Below, piece by piece: positions 10,087 through 23,835 of a stretch of DNA of 64,000 nucleotides. How positions within the stretch are numbered: the stretch's first letter is position 1; each line of letters starts with the position of its first letter. The stretch comes from Macrostomum lignano (taxonomy: Eukaryota). A program made the translations under genes and the position numbers. The notes beneath the pieces are model-generated. The model searched no databases. It worked only from the letters and a program-made list of their open reading frames with translations, and had not been told where the DNA came from. The stretch is taken from the NCBI GenBank assembly GCA_002269645.1, contig NIVC01000048.1, positions 207,491 through 271,490 on the forward strand, in the 5' to 3' direction.

Positions 10087-11140
10087 TTGACAGATTTTGC
10101 TCAGACTGTTGCAAGCAGAAAGTAGAACATTGATTTTTAATGCTTTAATCGCTTTTTAACATTCGATGAAGTTGACTGGTAGATGACCATAACTAATTGC
10201 TTTGCATATGACAATGACCTCAAACATACAGATGTTTAATTTTGTGTATGCTTTTAATATTTAACTACTTAAGATCAATATTAATAGCCAAAATCTGGTG
10301 GTGTTGCAGTGTCTTTCTATTACACTGGCTTGATTTTCGGGTGTCGCATATAAGTTTCAATTAATGGCTTTTTAATTATCAGCTTTCACTTTTCAGACTA
10401 CCTTGATTAGTAGTCTTAAATATATGAATACATGCAGGTGTTTCAGTATCTTTTTGTGTTGTCCTGCCAAATCAAGTAGAATTAAGCCAAATGTTACGTT
10501 GCATGTGAGTATTTAGTTTTACGACTACTATAACATGCTGCTGATATGGTATCAAAGTATGCATTACTGTAGTAACTTTTATTATAGTGTAGTGACAGTG
10601 AGCACTTCGTTAGATTTCGGGTACAAAGCTCATAATTATCTTGCCTTCTCTATTGATTAAGTCGTTTTCCTTTCAAATTTAAATCTGAAACATATAAGGA
10701 ATGATTTTCTGTGTGTCACTCAGAAGTTCCACTAGTGACTAGTAGTGAGTGACGCATGCAAAAGAAACGACGGGCAGCAGGAACATCACGTTTGATTAAT
10801 CAAAAATACACATTTCACCAGCTTCCGCTTCAAAAGTATTGTAGGACAGTGGTTAAAAGGTTTCCATATTTTGTAATGTGTCCTTCTGAATAAGCGGTCC
10901 TGATCATTCAAACACGTCTCAGAAATACAGAAAACTTTTATTTTATTTCATAATATTTCTTTCTTAAAAATCTACGGCAATTGACTGTCAGTAAAATTTG
11001 ACTGCCAGGTCAAATTTAAACCTAGCCTAAATCGTCCACAGTAGAATGACAATATCACCTTACTTCGGGTGTCTCTTTTTTTGACCAGAAGCGAGTTTGA
11101 AATGATTAAATTAGTTAGTTCTTTCACCGCGTTGGAGCTC

Positions 11141-11406
11141 TTATCCGCGAACGTAAAACTCTCCAAAAGATTGGTTGGCCAGACTGAATGGCAGAGCAGG
11201 AAAATCCAGCAAGTGGCAGAGACCCTGCTTTGAGTAGAGCACGGCAGGGCAGGTGGGATGCTGACACAGGCTCATGCACCCGATCCGGCTCCTGTTAGTT
11301 GAGATCGTGTTGTAAGCCGGTGCCGAGGCATTGTTCATTGCGGCATAGGTTCGATTGCCCAGGTATAGAAGATGAATTGGTCTGGAAATGTAAGGGAGAA
11401 ATTTTG
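11141..11406 (-). CDS. WSC protein exon 2, PAN/Apple-like Cys domain
   Basis: SRIGCMSLCQHPTCPAVLYSKQGLCHLL has PAN-like Cys spacing. It is in frame with exon 1 only through the pyrimidine-rich AAG acceptor at 11407-08. Confidence 0.6.
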
Positions 11407-11580
11407 CTTTCAAGCAAAAAAATTTGCAACGATTAGCACCCCTCACTCTAAATCGCAGTTTAGATTCGTGTGTACATGAGATAGTGCTGTCTGCGGTCTC
11501 TGTGTTTTCTCAAGTGCAAGAGATTAAGTTAATTGCAACATGTAATCATAGTTTCGCGGCCGATGCAATGAGCAGCTCAC

Positions 11581-12010
11581 CTTGGTAGTTCAACTGATAC
11601 ACCGAATTTGCATTTTGTCCGCCGCAAATTTTTGATGGATCTCCCCCACAGCCTTCGTTGCACAGCGACTCGTATGCCGAGCCCTGCGAGCCATACGAAT
11701 CGCTGCAGAAGCACCAAGCCGCGGCCTGGACGCCAAAGTAGCGAGTTCCCGTCATGCTGCACAGAGCGGCACACAATTCGAGCGTCATCAACGAGCTCAG
11801 AATCGCGAACTCGTAGCTCGTGACTGACTGGGAGCCGATTCTTGCCACGTTATATGGCTTTGTTGGTGTCATATCACGGACTCCGTTTGTGAAGTCTTTG
11901 AAGCAGCCAAGATAGGAAAGTTGGACTTTTCTAGTGCCGAGGCCAGCCACACCTGCGGCGATACAGCAAATCACACCTGCCAGAAGCTTGACATGGATGC
12001 TGTGAAGCAT
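11581..12010 (-). CDS. Secreted WSC-domain protein, exon 1
   Basis: Signal peptide MLHSIHVKLLAGVICCIAAGVAG, WSC motif YLGCFKD...MTLELCAALC...YFGVQAAAWCFC...CNEGCGGDPSKICGGQNANSVY, and GTGAGC donor (phase 1). Confidence 0.88.
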
Positions 12011-12297
12011 TCTTTTCGGTCGTAGCACTTTTCACCCAATTGGATTTGACTATCCGCGTATAGTTGAGCAGCAGTTCTTGTAGGATGCGAAGTCTTAAAA
12101 AGGATGCACATATATGAAAGAGGCTTTTTGAGTTGATTTGGGATTGCCAGACTGTCTTTGTTTGGTTGCCAGGCAGGTTTCAAACAGAGAGATTTTGCAC
12201 ACTACTGTGCAGATGCAAAATAATATATTATTGATTTCTAGAGTATTAACGATTCCTTGCTGCGATGAGAGCGTAATTGTTCTAAACCAACTTAAAG

Positions 12298-13520
12298 GGC
12301 GCTTGAGCCTTCAAGACTTTTTTCTTGCAATGCTTTTTCTTCCAAGTGTCGTGCTGTGTTAGCGTGTTGTTGCATTGAGTTGGCTGGCTGCTTCTAGAAG
12401 CAAAAGTGCTCTCGCTCAGCGCTGCTCTTTCCGCCCCTCATCCGACGACGACGGCTTTCTGCTGCGGCGACGCGTGGGTCGACGTCAACCGGAGAAGCGG
12501 CTCAGCGTGCTTGGCTACGCCGACGACCTCGCCCTGCTGTCCTTGACCGTCGAGGGCGCCCAACGGCAGCTGGACAGGCTGGTTGCCGTTGCGGCGAGCG
12601 TCGGCCTGGTGGTCAACACGGAGAAGACCGTTGTGCTCTGCGTGCCGGACGACATCGAGGCTGCAATATTCTGCGCTGAAGGGCAGGCGACCGAGCTCCC
12701 GCGATGTCAGCAGTTCGTCTACCTCGGCGGTCTGGTTCCAGACGCTCGCGAGGACCTGCGACGCCGCCGCGGGCTTGCCTGGGCTGCCTTTCGTTCTGTG
12801 AGGGCAGTCCTGCAGTCCGAGGCCCTACCGGACCGCCAGAGGGCGGCGCTGTTCCAGGCGGTAATCGAGACCGTCCTGCTGTACAACGCCGAGACCTGGA
12901 CGCTGACGGACTCACTCGAACAGCAAGTCGATGCGGCGCACGCTGGCCTGCTGCGCGCCGCCTTCAACATCGGCGTCGAGCGAGTCAACAACGCGGCACT
13001 CTATCGCCGCGCTGGCCTGCCACGTCCAAGCGATCTACTGCGCCGTCGGCGACTCCAGCTCGCAGGCCATCTCATCCGCGCCGAGTCGTACTGCCCACAG
13101 CCGGTGCAGGAGGTGCTGCTCACGCTGCAGGCACCCTACCGGTGAGGTCAAGCGCGAACTCGGCGTTACGTCGACTGTCTGCTGGCTGACGCCGGCGCCC
13201 CGGACACTGCCGGTGGCGCGGCCTTTTTGTTCGCGCCCAAGCCATGAAGCGCGCCCTGTGACGCTGATTTTTACCATCCTGACAGCGTATTTTGTTGTTG
13301 TTGTTGTTGTTGCCCCTCTTAATTGTAGTCCAAGTTGCGTGACAAGTGCTGGAACCTCTTGGAGGAATTGGGAGCCTGCGCAATGTGGCGACTAGAGAGT
13401 AAGGTGGAGAGCCAGATGGAAACCTGTGTGTTTTCTTGTTAAGTACGGCTAAAAACTTTCCACTTGAGGCATGTTTTCTGTCCTATACAGTTTCCCTCTC
13501 TGCATCTGCCTCTAATGTCT
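12298..13520 (+). repeat. Unclassified interspersed repeat, copy interrupted by a LINE
   Basis: 12298-12439 and 13312-13520 align to 22590-23060. Confidence 0.75.
12440..13311 (+). mobile_element. 5'-truncated non-LTR retrotransposon (RTE-like clade), RT C-terminal part
   Basis: YADD catalytic motif, VNTEKT, FVYLG and ETVLLYNAETWTLT. A TGA at 13143-45 is probably premature. (TTG)n tail at 13292-13311 and TSD GCCCCTC at 12433-39 and 13312-18. Confidence 0.9.
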
Positions 13521-13949
13521 ACCAGTTTCTCTACCTGTATATCTCCCTCCGATTTTATGATAGTGAACGATATTTTTTGTGTGACGTTACATATTTTAGA
13601 ACTGGTGAAGTTTTTAAGCTTTTAGGTGGTCTTTTCTTTCGATTTGCAAATTTAAGCAGCATAAGCACAGCGAGTATTGAAGAAATGAAATCAAATCTGA
13701 GGTCTTTAGTGACTTTAGCTGGGAGTTAAAATCATAGATACAACTGTAAAGAATCAAGGCTTCGAAGCGAAGCTTCATGGCACAACATTTCTCCTGGTTG
13801 ATATCATTGCCGCAGTAGAGTTATTTGAAACCTTGATAAGCGCATCAAAAACTACTGCAAGTTTCAGCTCATAAAAATTTAGGATTCGAAATGCGAAGTG
13901 ATCAGGAGCGATTCGGTTTCTGAATATGCTGCTACTTCTTCGTGCCAGC

Positions 13950-14300
13950 ATATTCTCTTCTGGGTCGGGGGTTGATCCTCTTCAGCGACAGGCTCCTTCC
14001 TCCCTGGCAAGCCTGTTGGTCCTCCTCGCCTTGGCACAGTAGCTCTGCTGGCGCTCAACCGGGAGCTGGGCGAGGCAAAGGTACCCCAGACTCCGCCAGC
14101 GTAGTGGGCGACAGCGCGCACCGTGGCGATGTGGGCAATGTGAGCACCTCGAAAGGGGCGCCGCCGCCGCCGAGTTTGACCCCGAGGAAGACGAGGAGGT
14201 ACCCTGGTGTAGGGAGTTGCAAACCATTTGCCAAGTGCACCCAAGGGCACAACATGGTCGCTCCCATTTGCCGGCAAGCCGGGCGAAAGCGGTTTGCATT
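13950..14300 (-). mobile_element. Possible degenerate LINE relic (post-RT region)
   Basis: Frame-shifted fragments VFLGVKL, F..HIAHIAT and VRAVAHYAGGVWG resemble the YLGV.L / F..HI / VRP.LEYA..VW pattern of LINE ORF2. Confidence 0.35.
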
Positions 14301-16134
14301 GGAAGCTTTGTTGTTGCATGAGTTCTATTAAGAGATCAGAAAGCATGACCTCAGATAACAAGCTTCCTAAGATACATTTTCACCCTAAGCCATGTCTCTC
14401 CCTCTCTCACAGTTATCCAAGTCAACTGTTACACTGGATTGCTCAAAAAATAGCATTTTGTGTATAATTATTCTCGCACCAACTGAAGATTCACCTTCGT
14501 GAATAATTTAGGGTGTGCAGCAGCCGGTTGGGAATCGGTTCCGCAATATTATAGCTACATACGAGTACAGGGAGAGGGAATCAATCGATTTTCAATGCCC
14601 TGCTACCGCATACGCGGTCTCTTCTGATGTAATTCAATATAATAATGCGCGTACGGCAGGCGGGGGAGGCTGCAGATGAAGGAGAGAATAATTCAACAAG
14701 CCTATATGAGCATCTTCCAGCAGAGAGTAAGCCAGGGGTTAATAACCATGCATGGCTACCAGCGCATTATGCAGAGGCCATGTAGAAGGAGTTGTAAGAA
14801 ATCAATAGGCCCTGCTGAAAAGTGTATCGACTATATTCTGCCGGGCGTTATACTAATGCTGTCACATCCATGCACCAATGAAGCTGTTTCTTGCCTTTTA
14901 CAGTCGCTATAAGCTAGGGAGTAAGTCGTTGACACCACACGAAGCTCTCGCCTCAATGCTATAAGTTTTGGCAAAGTAGTATGCATATGCATACAGTGTT
15001 TGAATAATTCATTATTAACTCAAACTCGTGTTGATGATTGGTTGTCGCTTGTGTCCGCTTGGGCTGGACTATCTATAATCCATATTTTATATGATTGTGC
15101 ACGCTTTCTAACTATTATAGTTGTGCATACGACTTAGCTCGTATGATGACTTGAGCATTCTAGAAGTAAATGTTTCTCACCTTTAAGTAGGCAGAGGAGA
15201 GTGTAAATTATAAATCGAACAATTTACTGACAAATTGGCGTATTAATTTGTGAATTTCTAAAGCGTCTTATGTGATTTTTTAAACTACTTTTGATTTGCC
15301 AAAATTCTTCTGTCTGTCGCCGTTGCAGTTGTAATTGATGAATGTTTATTAACAGTTGGGCGAATCATCTCAGTTGCTAGTATTAACAAAGGATCGCTAA
15401 TCCCTTAAGTTGTTAAACCAACTTCAACCCATGTACATTGATCAGATAAAGCTGTACCCATGCTCGAGAGTTGCCTCTTGGATATTTGTAAAATAAGTTG
15501 TTGAAGAGCATCTGTAGCTGGCTCCTGTAGCTGGCGCCCCTTCTATCCTCTTTAGCAATATTCACTTTGATCCAAAACTGAATATCCCGACTTGTCTTTA
15601 GGGGCTAAGAAACTTGACATTTCTACAGCACATGAAGCTCAACAATCCTGATCAGTCCCACTTTACGGAAATTGACGGTTATAGCCAACCAACTGGTCAG
15701 CAGCGCCACAGAGGGGAAGACAAGGCTGGACACGGGCTGGCCCAATGCTTCAACTCATAATGGCCACAGGAGCGCAGGCGTTGAAAGGCAAGGCGCCGCT
15801 GTAACTTTTATTATTAATAATTCAATCCTCATCGCCATGGCACGACAGAGGCGGCTGCAGTCAGGTGCTGGGAGGCCAATAAAACGTTCAGCTGGCTAGT
15901 AAATTCCCCAAAATTCTGAGCGCCTGTTCCCCCCCCCCTGCGGCGCTCATTAGCTGCAGTTACGCGATTAGGAAGTGTTCAGGAAACTGCCTTGGGCTGC
16001 ATCATGAGCTGCCAAGTGGTCCATGCTAGACACTTGTGAATGCGTTAAAGTTAGAATTTTATTAGGTAATTTTTACGCTTTGGTTGAATTTTACTGCTTT
16101 GACTGCTCTATGAATTCCTGTAAAGTGCTTCTGC

Positions 16135-16925
<791 letters not shown>

Positions 16926-17592
16926 CATCTGTCTGTCTGTCTCTCAATCTAATCTAATTCATTTTTTAACAGAAATCTGCTTTTCTGGTACGGGTACAAT
17001 TGTACTTTTTTCGACAAAGTTGTGACATTTCCGTTTTATTTTAATTTTATAGAACTATTCTAATATAACAATTATACCTACCTTCACCCCAACCCGCTCG
17101 CAAGCTATTTTCACTGAGTCATTGGTTTCTTATAGTAGGCCATCCCTGCAGATAGCAGCTGGTTGCAGTTAAGAGGCTTCAGTCAAGGCAGATTAACAGG
17201 CAGACACAGATAATATTTCACTTCTCTGCAATTCAGCCACCCAGGTATCAAATGGAAGTTAAAAATAATCTGCAATCAGTGCGATCACGACCGATAAACG
17301 GGAGCGTTTTGCTGTCTCTACCACCAACCCGTCTATCCCCGTCTCTCTGCTTCAGGAAAAGAATCTGGGATTTTTATTGCAGTATTGCTGCTGGGTTCTG
17401 CCAGCCCGGTTGCTGGGCAAGTGGCCGCGGCTTGCTAAATATTTTTGTCTGGCTTAGTATTATCTATTACGAGTATATCTGGAGCTTGTCTGTCTGTCTG
17501 TCATCCAACTCTCATGTTTTCTTTTTTCATAAATATACATAGTAGACCTACGTACGTTAATTCTCATATTTCTTCTCATCCCTAAGTGTAAC

Positions 17593-18288
17593 ACTAAAAC
17601 TCCAGCTTGGCGCCTCTCTAAAACTCCAGCTTGGCGCCTCACTAAAACTCCAGATTGGCGCCCCTTTAAAACTCCAGATTGGCGCCTCACTAAAACTCCA
17701 GCTTGGCGCCTCACTAAAACTCCAGATTGGCGCCTCACTAAAACTCCAGATTGGCGCCCCTTTAAAACTCCAGATTGGCGCCTCACTAAAACTCCAGCTT
17801 GGCGCCTCACTAAAACTCCAGATTGGCGCCTCACTAAAACTCCAGCTTGGCGCCTCACTAAAACTCCAGCTTGGCGCCTCACTAAAACTCCAGATTGGCG
17901 CCTCACTAAAACTCCAGCTTGGCGCCTCACTAAAACTCCAGATTGGCGCCTCACTAAAACTCCAGATTGGCGCCTCACTAAAACTCCAGATTGGCGCCTC
18001 ACTAAAACTCCAGATTGGCGCCTCACTAAAACTCCAGATTGGCGCCTCACTAAAACTCCAGATTGGCGCCTCACTAAAACTCCAGATTGGCGCCTCACTA
18101 AAACTCCAGCTTGGCGCCTCACTAAAACTCCAGCTTGGCGCCTCACTAAAACTCCAGATTGGCGCCTCACTAAAGCTCCAGCTTGGCGCCTCACTAAAAC
18201 TCCAGATTGGCGCCTCACTAAAACTCCAGATTGGCGCCTCACTAAAACTCCAGATTGGCGCCTCACTAAATCTCTAGATTGGCGCCCC
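17593..18288. repeat. 24-bp minisatellite ACTAAAACTCCAG(A/C)TTGGCGCCTC, ~29 copies
   Basis: Direct inspection. Confidence 0.95.
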
Positions 18289-18809
18289 TTGAACCCTGAT
18301 TCTTGTTTTTATAAAAAAGAGCCAAGACACTGCAGAGAAAAATAATTTGTTATAATTTCACGGAGATTCAAATTTCGATATTCAGCATTCGATACCCAAG
18401 TGGCCAAGGAGCTGATAAATGTGAACAGGCGCAGGACAGACAAAATTTCCCAATATTTTGATGTCGAGCAGCTCCCATGGGGAATCCGCAATCGCAGGAG
18501 ATATGATAGAAAAATCCTAGAGGGGAAGAATATTCCAATTATTTTGATTTCCTTCCTGCCGAGGCAACCGATTGCGCAATAGCCGGGGCTGGTGAGAGAG
18601 GCTGAGTGCTGCGACAGATTGTGGGGACCGCTGAACATCTGGATTGGAAACCCGTTTAACCCTCGGGCAAAGGCAGGAGCGAGAATCAGTGGGAGAGCAC
18701 CTTCACGTATTGCTGAATAATTAAGTCTTTGCTTTCGATACTTAGAGACCGGCTCGAGTTTTAAGACTGATTAAATTCTAAGCAAATATGCAAATTTTCT
18801 TGAATCGAA

Positions 18810-20390
18810 CTTGGCGCTGATTAAGCATTGATCATGGCGCCATTCAAGCATGGATCTTGGCCCCATTTAAGCACCGATCTTGGCGCTGTTTAAGCACCGA
18901 TCTTGGCGCTGATGAAGCATCGATCTTGGCGCTGATTAAGCATCAATCTTGGCGCTGATGAAGCATCAATCTTGGCGCTAATTAAGCATCAATCTTGGCG
19001 CTGATTAAGCATCAATCTTGGCGCCATCCAAGCATCGATCTTGGCACTGATTAAGCATCGATCTTGGCGCTGATTAAGCATCAATCTTGGCGCTGATTAA
19101 GCATCGATCTTGGCGCTGATTAAGCATCAATCTTGGCGCTGATTAAGCATCAATCTTGGCGCTGATTAAGCATCGATCTTGGCGCTGATTAAGCATCAAT
19201 CTTGGCGCTGATTAAGCATCAATCTTGGCGCCATCCAAGCATCGATCTTGGCACTGATTAAGCATCAATCTTGGCGCTGATTAAGCATCAATCTTGGCGC
19301 TGATTAAGCATCGATCTTGGCGCTGATTAAGCATCAATCTTGGCGCTGATTAAGCATCAATCTTGGCGCTGATGAAGCATCGATCTTAGCGCTGATTAAG
19401 CATCAATCTTGGCGCTGATTAAGCATCGATCTTGGCGCTGATTAAGCATCGATCTTGGCGCTGATTAAGCATCAATCTTGGCGCTGATTAAGCATCGATC
19501 TTGGCGCTGATTAAGCATCGATCTTGGCGCTGATTAAGCATCGATCTTGGCGCTGATTAAGCATCGATCTTGGCGCTGATTAAGCATCGATCTTGGCGCT
19601 GATTAAGCATCGATCTTGGCGCTGATTAAGCATCGATCTTGGCGCTGATTAAGCATCGATCTTGGCGCTGATTAAGCATCGATCTTGGCGCTGATTAAGC
19701 ATCAATCTTGGCGCTGATTAAGCATCAATCTTGGCGCTGATTAAGCATCAATCTTGGCGCTGATTAAGCATCGATCTTGGCGCTGATTAAGCATCGATCT
19801 TGGCGCTGATTAAGCATCGATCTTGGCGCTGATTAAGCATCGATCTTGGCGCTGATTAAGCATCAATCTTGGCGCTGATTAAGCATCGATCTTGGCGCTG
19901 ATTAAGCATCAATCTTGGCGCTGATTAAGCATCAATCTTGGCGCTGATTAAGCATCGATCTTGGCGCTGATTAAGCATCAATCTTGGCGCCATCCAAGCA
20001 TCGATCTTGGCACTGATTAAGCATCAATCTTGGCGCTGATTAAGCATCGATCTTGGCACTCGTTAAGCATCAATCTTGGCGCTGATTAAGCATCAATCTT
20101 GGCGCCATCCAAGCATCGATCTTGGCACTGATTAAGCATCAATCTTGGCGCTGATTAAGCATCGATCTTGGCGCCATCCAAGCATCGATCTTGGCACTCG
20201 TTAAGCATCAATCTTGGCTCTGATTAGGCATCAATCTAGGCGCTAATGAAGCATCAATCTTGGCGCTTATTAAGCATCGATCTTGGCGCTGATTAGGCAT
20301 CAATCTTGGCGCTAATGAAGCATCAATCTTGGCGCTTATTAAGCATCGATCTTGGCGCTGATTAGGCATCAATCTAGGCGCTAATGAAGC
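18810..20390 (+). repeat. 23-bp satellite GATCTTGGCGCTGATTAAGCATC, ~68 copies
   Basis: Direct inspection. Confidence 0.95.
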
Positions 20391-20911
20391 GATCTAGACT
20401 TGCTAAAAAACATATAACTCAGTTTCGTTTTTAGAATGTTGGACTAATTGTGAAGAATTTCAAAGCGACTTCTCATTCATGTTTCTACGAATGAACCGCA
20501 CAATTGCATGAGCGAAATGATCCAGATGCCGTTGATGATGCACATCGTCCAGAGCTAGTCTTAGGAGGTCCATGGCTTAATTGCTGCAGTGTCCCTCACT
20601 GAAGTTGGAAAATCCTCTCTTATAAGCTCCTTATGCTTAGAGCCGGCAATCTGCTTGGATTATGTTGACAAAAATACTCACAGGCTCGTGCCTGCCAGCT
20701 TTTCAATGAGATTTTCGACATGCAGTCTACCTGCAAGCTTGCGTGTGCCGAACAGTTTATTCAAATTGCGGCCAACCTAGCGGTCGGGTTGAACGGATTC
20801 GTAAAAGTGTACTTTTAATCTGACACGCAGTATCTTCTCTGATAATAATAAATTGTTATCTAGGAACTTGATTTTCAAATTAGTCAATGTGATTTTGTGA
20901 ACAGTAAATCT

Positions 20912-22398
20912 GTGCTTGAATGGCGCCACGATCGATTATTAAACAGCGCCAAGATCGGTGCTTGAATGGCCCCACGATCGATTATTAAACAGCGCCAAGA
21001 TCGGTGCTTGAATGGCCCCACGATCGATTATTAAACAGCGCCAAGATCGGTGCTTGAATGGCCCCACGATCGATTATTAAACAGCGCCAAGATCGGTGCT
21101 TGAATGGCGCCAAGATCGATGCTTAAACAGCGCCAAGATCGATGCTTGAATGGCGCCACGATCGATTATTAAACAGCGCCAAGATCGGTGCTTGAATAGC
21201 CCCACGATCGATTAAAAAGCAGCGCCAAGATCGGTGCTTGAATGGCGCCAAGATCGATTATTAAACAGCGCCAAGATCGATTATTAAACAGCGCCAAGAT
21301 CGGTGCTTGAATGGCCCCACGATCGATTATTAAACAGCGCCAAGATCGGTGCTTGAATGGCCCCAAGATCGATTATTAAACAGCGCCAAGATCGGTGCTT
21401 GAATGGCCCCACGATCGATTATTAAACAGCGCCAAGATCGGTGCTTGAATGGCCCCACGATCGATTATTAAACAGCGCCAAGATCGGTGCTTGAATGGCC
21501 CCACGATCGATTATTAAACAGCGCCAAGATCGGTGCTTGAATGGCGCCAAGATCGATGCTTAAACAGCGCCAAGATCGATGCTTGAATGGCCCCACGATC
21601 GATTATTAAACAGCGCCAAGATCGGTGCTTGAATGGCCCCACGATCGATTAAAAAGCAGCGCCAAGATCGGTGCTTGAATGGCGCCAAGATCGATTATTA
21701 AACAGCGCCAAGATCGATTATTAAACAGCGCCAAGATCGGTGCTTGAATGGCCCCACGATCGATTATTAAACAGCGCCAAGATCGGTGCTTGAATGGCGC
21801 CAAGATCGATGCTTAAACAGCGCCAAGATCGATGCTTGAATGGCCCCAAGATCGATTATTAAACAGCGCCAAGAACGGTGCTTGAATGGCCCCAAGATCG
21901 ATTATTAAACAGCGCCAAGATCGGTGCTTGAATGGCCCCAAGATCGATTATTAAACAGCGCCAAGATCGGTGCTTGAATGGCCCCACGATCGATTATTAA
22001 ACAGCGCCAAGATCGGTGCTTGAATGGCGCCACGATCGATTAATAAACAGCGCCAAGATCGGTGCTTGAATGGCCCCAAGATCGATTATTAAACAGCGCC
22101 AAGATCGGTGCTTGAATGGCGCCACGATCGATTATTAAACAGCGCCAAGATCGGTGCTTGAATGGCGCCACGATCGATTATTAAACAGCGCCAAGATCGG
22201 TGCTTGAATGGCGCCACGATCGATTAATAAACAGCGCCAAGATCGGTGCTTGAATGGCGCCACGATCGATTATTAAACAGCGCCAAGATCGGTGCTTGAA
22301 TGGCCCCACGATCGATTAAAAAGCAGCGCCAAGATCGGTGCTTGAATGGCGCCAAGATCGATGCTTAAACAGCGCCAAGATCGATGCTTGAATGGCGC
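20912..22398 (-). repeat. Inverted array of the related 23-bp monomer, organised mostly as a 46-bp dimer
   Basis: rc gives GATCTTGGCGCTGTTTAATAATC alternating with GATC(T/G)TGG(C/G)GCCATTCAAGCACC. Confidence 0.92.
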
Positions 22399-22589
22399 TA
22401 AAATTGAGAGAATAAGGCGCCAAGGCTGATTCAAATTCCCATGACAAGACGAAGTTCTCTCAACGGCCTGCCACTAAAATAATATTTTTTACAAAAAAAC
22501 TGACACAATTAAGAGTCTCACAACAGCTGCCTATGCAGCATTGTTTTTCTGTCCCTACCAGCGTTTTGTGTTCTTAACCAGCTTGAATG

Positions 22590-23060
22590 GCGCTTGAGCC
22601 TTCAAGACTTTTTTCTTGCAATTGCAATGCGTTGTTATCTCCACGTGTCGTGCTGTGTCAGCATTGTTGCTTCGAGTTGACTGACGCACTTGCAAATTAG
22701 ACTAAAAAAAGTTGTTGCTGCAAAGAATCGCTGGGTATTGCTGCCTCTAGGAGCAGAAGTGCCCTCGCTCAGCGCTCTCTCTCTCTGCCCCTCTCCCCTC
22801 TCTTTCCCTTGCAGTCTCCATCTCTTCAGCAAGTTTTTTCAGCAGCTGACAAGCCTCTCCAGGTTGCGTGACAAGTGCTGGAACCTCTCCTGAAGGAATT
22901 GGGAGACTGCGCGGTGATGAGGCGGCTAGAGAGAAAGGAGGGAGAGAGACAGATAGAAACCTGTGTGTTTTCCTGTTGAGTAGAGATGTTTTTTCACTTG
23001 AGGCATGTGCTCTGCGCTCTACAGTCTCCTTCTCACCTTTCTCCCTGTGTATGCCTCCCA
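22590..23060 (+). repeat. Uninterrupted (empty-site) copy of the repeat at 12298-13520
   Basis: Shared GGCGCTTGAGCCTTCAAGACTTTTTTCTTGCAAT...GCTCAGCGCT and GTTGCGTGACAAGTGCTGGAACCTC...CACTTGAGGCATG blocks. Contains GCCCCTC with no LINE. Confidence 0.75.
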
Positions 23061-23074
23061 TCTCAATCTGTACC

Positions 23075-23835
23075 TCCCTCCCATCTCTACCCGTGTCTCC
23101 CTCCCTCTCTACCCGTGTCGCCCTCCCGTCTCTACCCGTGTCTCCCTCCCGTCTCTACCCGTGTCTCCCTCCCTCTCTGCCCGTGTCGCCCTCTCGTCTC
23201 TACCCGTGTCGCCCTCCCGGCTCTACCCGTGTCGCCCTCCCGTCTCTACCCGTGTCTCCCTCCCTCTCTGCCCGTGTCGCCCTCCCTCTCTACCCGTGTC
23301 TCCCTCCCTCTCTGCCCGTGTCGCCCTCCCTCTCTACCCGTGTCGCCCTCCCGTCTCTACCCGTGTCTCCCTCCCTCTCTACCCGTGTCGCCCTCCTGTC
23401 TCTACCCGTGTCGCCCTCCCTCTCTACCCGTGTCGCCCTCCAGTCTCTACCCGTGTCTCCCTCCCTCTCTACCGATGTCACCCTCCCTCTCTACCCATGT
23501 CGCCCTCCCTCTACTTGTGTCTCCCTCCTTCTCTACCTGTGTCTCCCTCCCTCTCTACCCGTGTCGCCCTCCCTCTCTACCGATGTCGCCCTCCCTCTCT
23601 ACCCATGTCGCCCTCCCTCTCTACCCGTCTCGCCCTCTCGTCTCTAACCGTGTCGCCCTCCCTCTCTACCGATGTCGCCCTCCCTCTCTACCGATGTCGC
23701 CCTCCCTCTCTACCCATGTCGCCCTCCCTCTCTACCCGTCTCGCCCTCTCGTCTCTAACCGTGTCGCCCTCCCTCTCTACCGATGTCGCCCTCCCTCTCT
23801 ACCGATGTCGCCCTCCCTCTCTACCCGTGTCTCCC
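23075..23835. repeat. ~22-bp pyrimidine-rich minisatellite CTCTCTACCCGTGTCGCCCTCC
   Basis: Direct inspection. Confidence 0.9.

Noticed and set aside
20390-20912. Possible minus-strand exons or transposase remnant in the spacer between the inverted arrays (e.g. VGRNLNKLFGTRKLAGRLHVENLIEKLAGT with a GTGAGT donor)
   Set aside because: Could not be joined into a continuous frame and no family was recognised.
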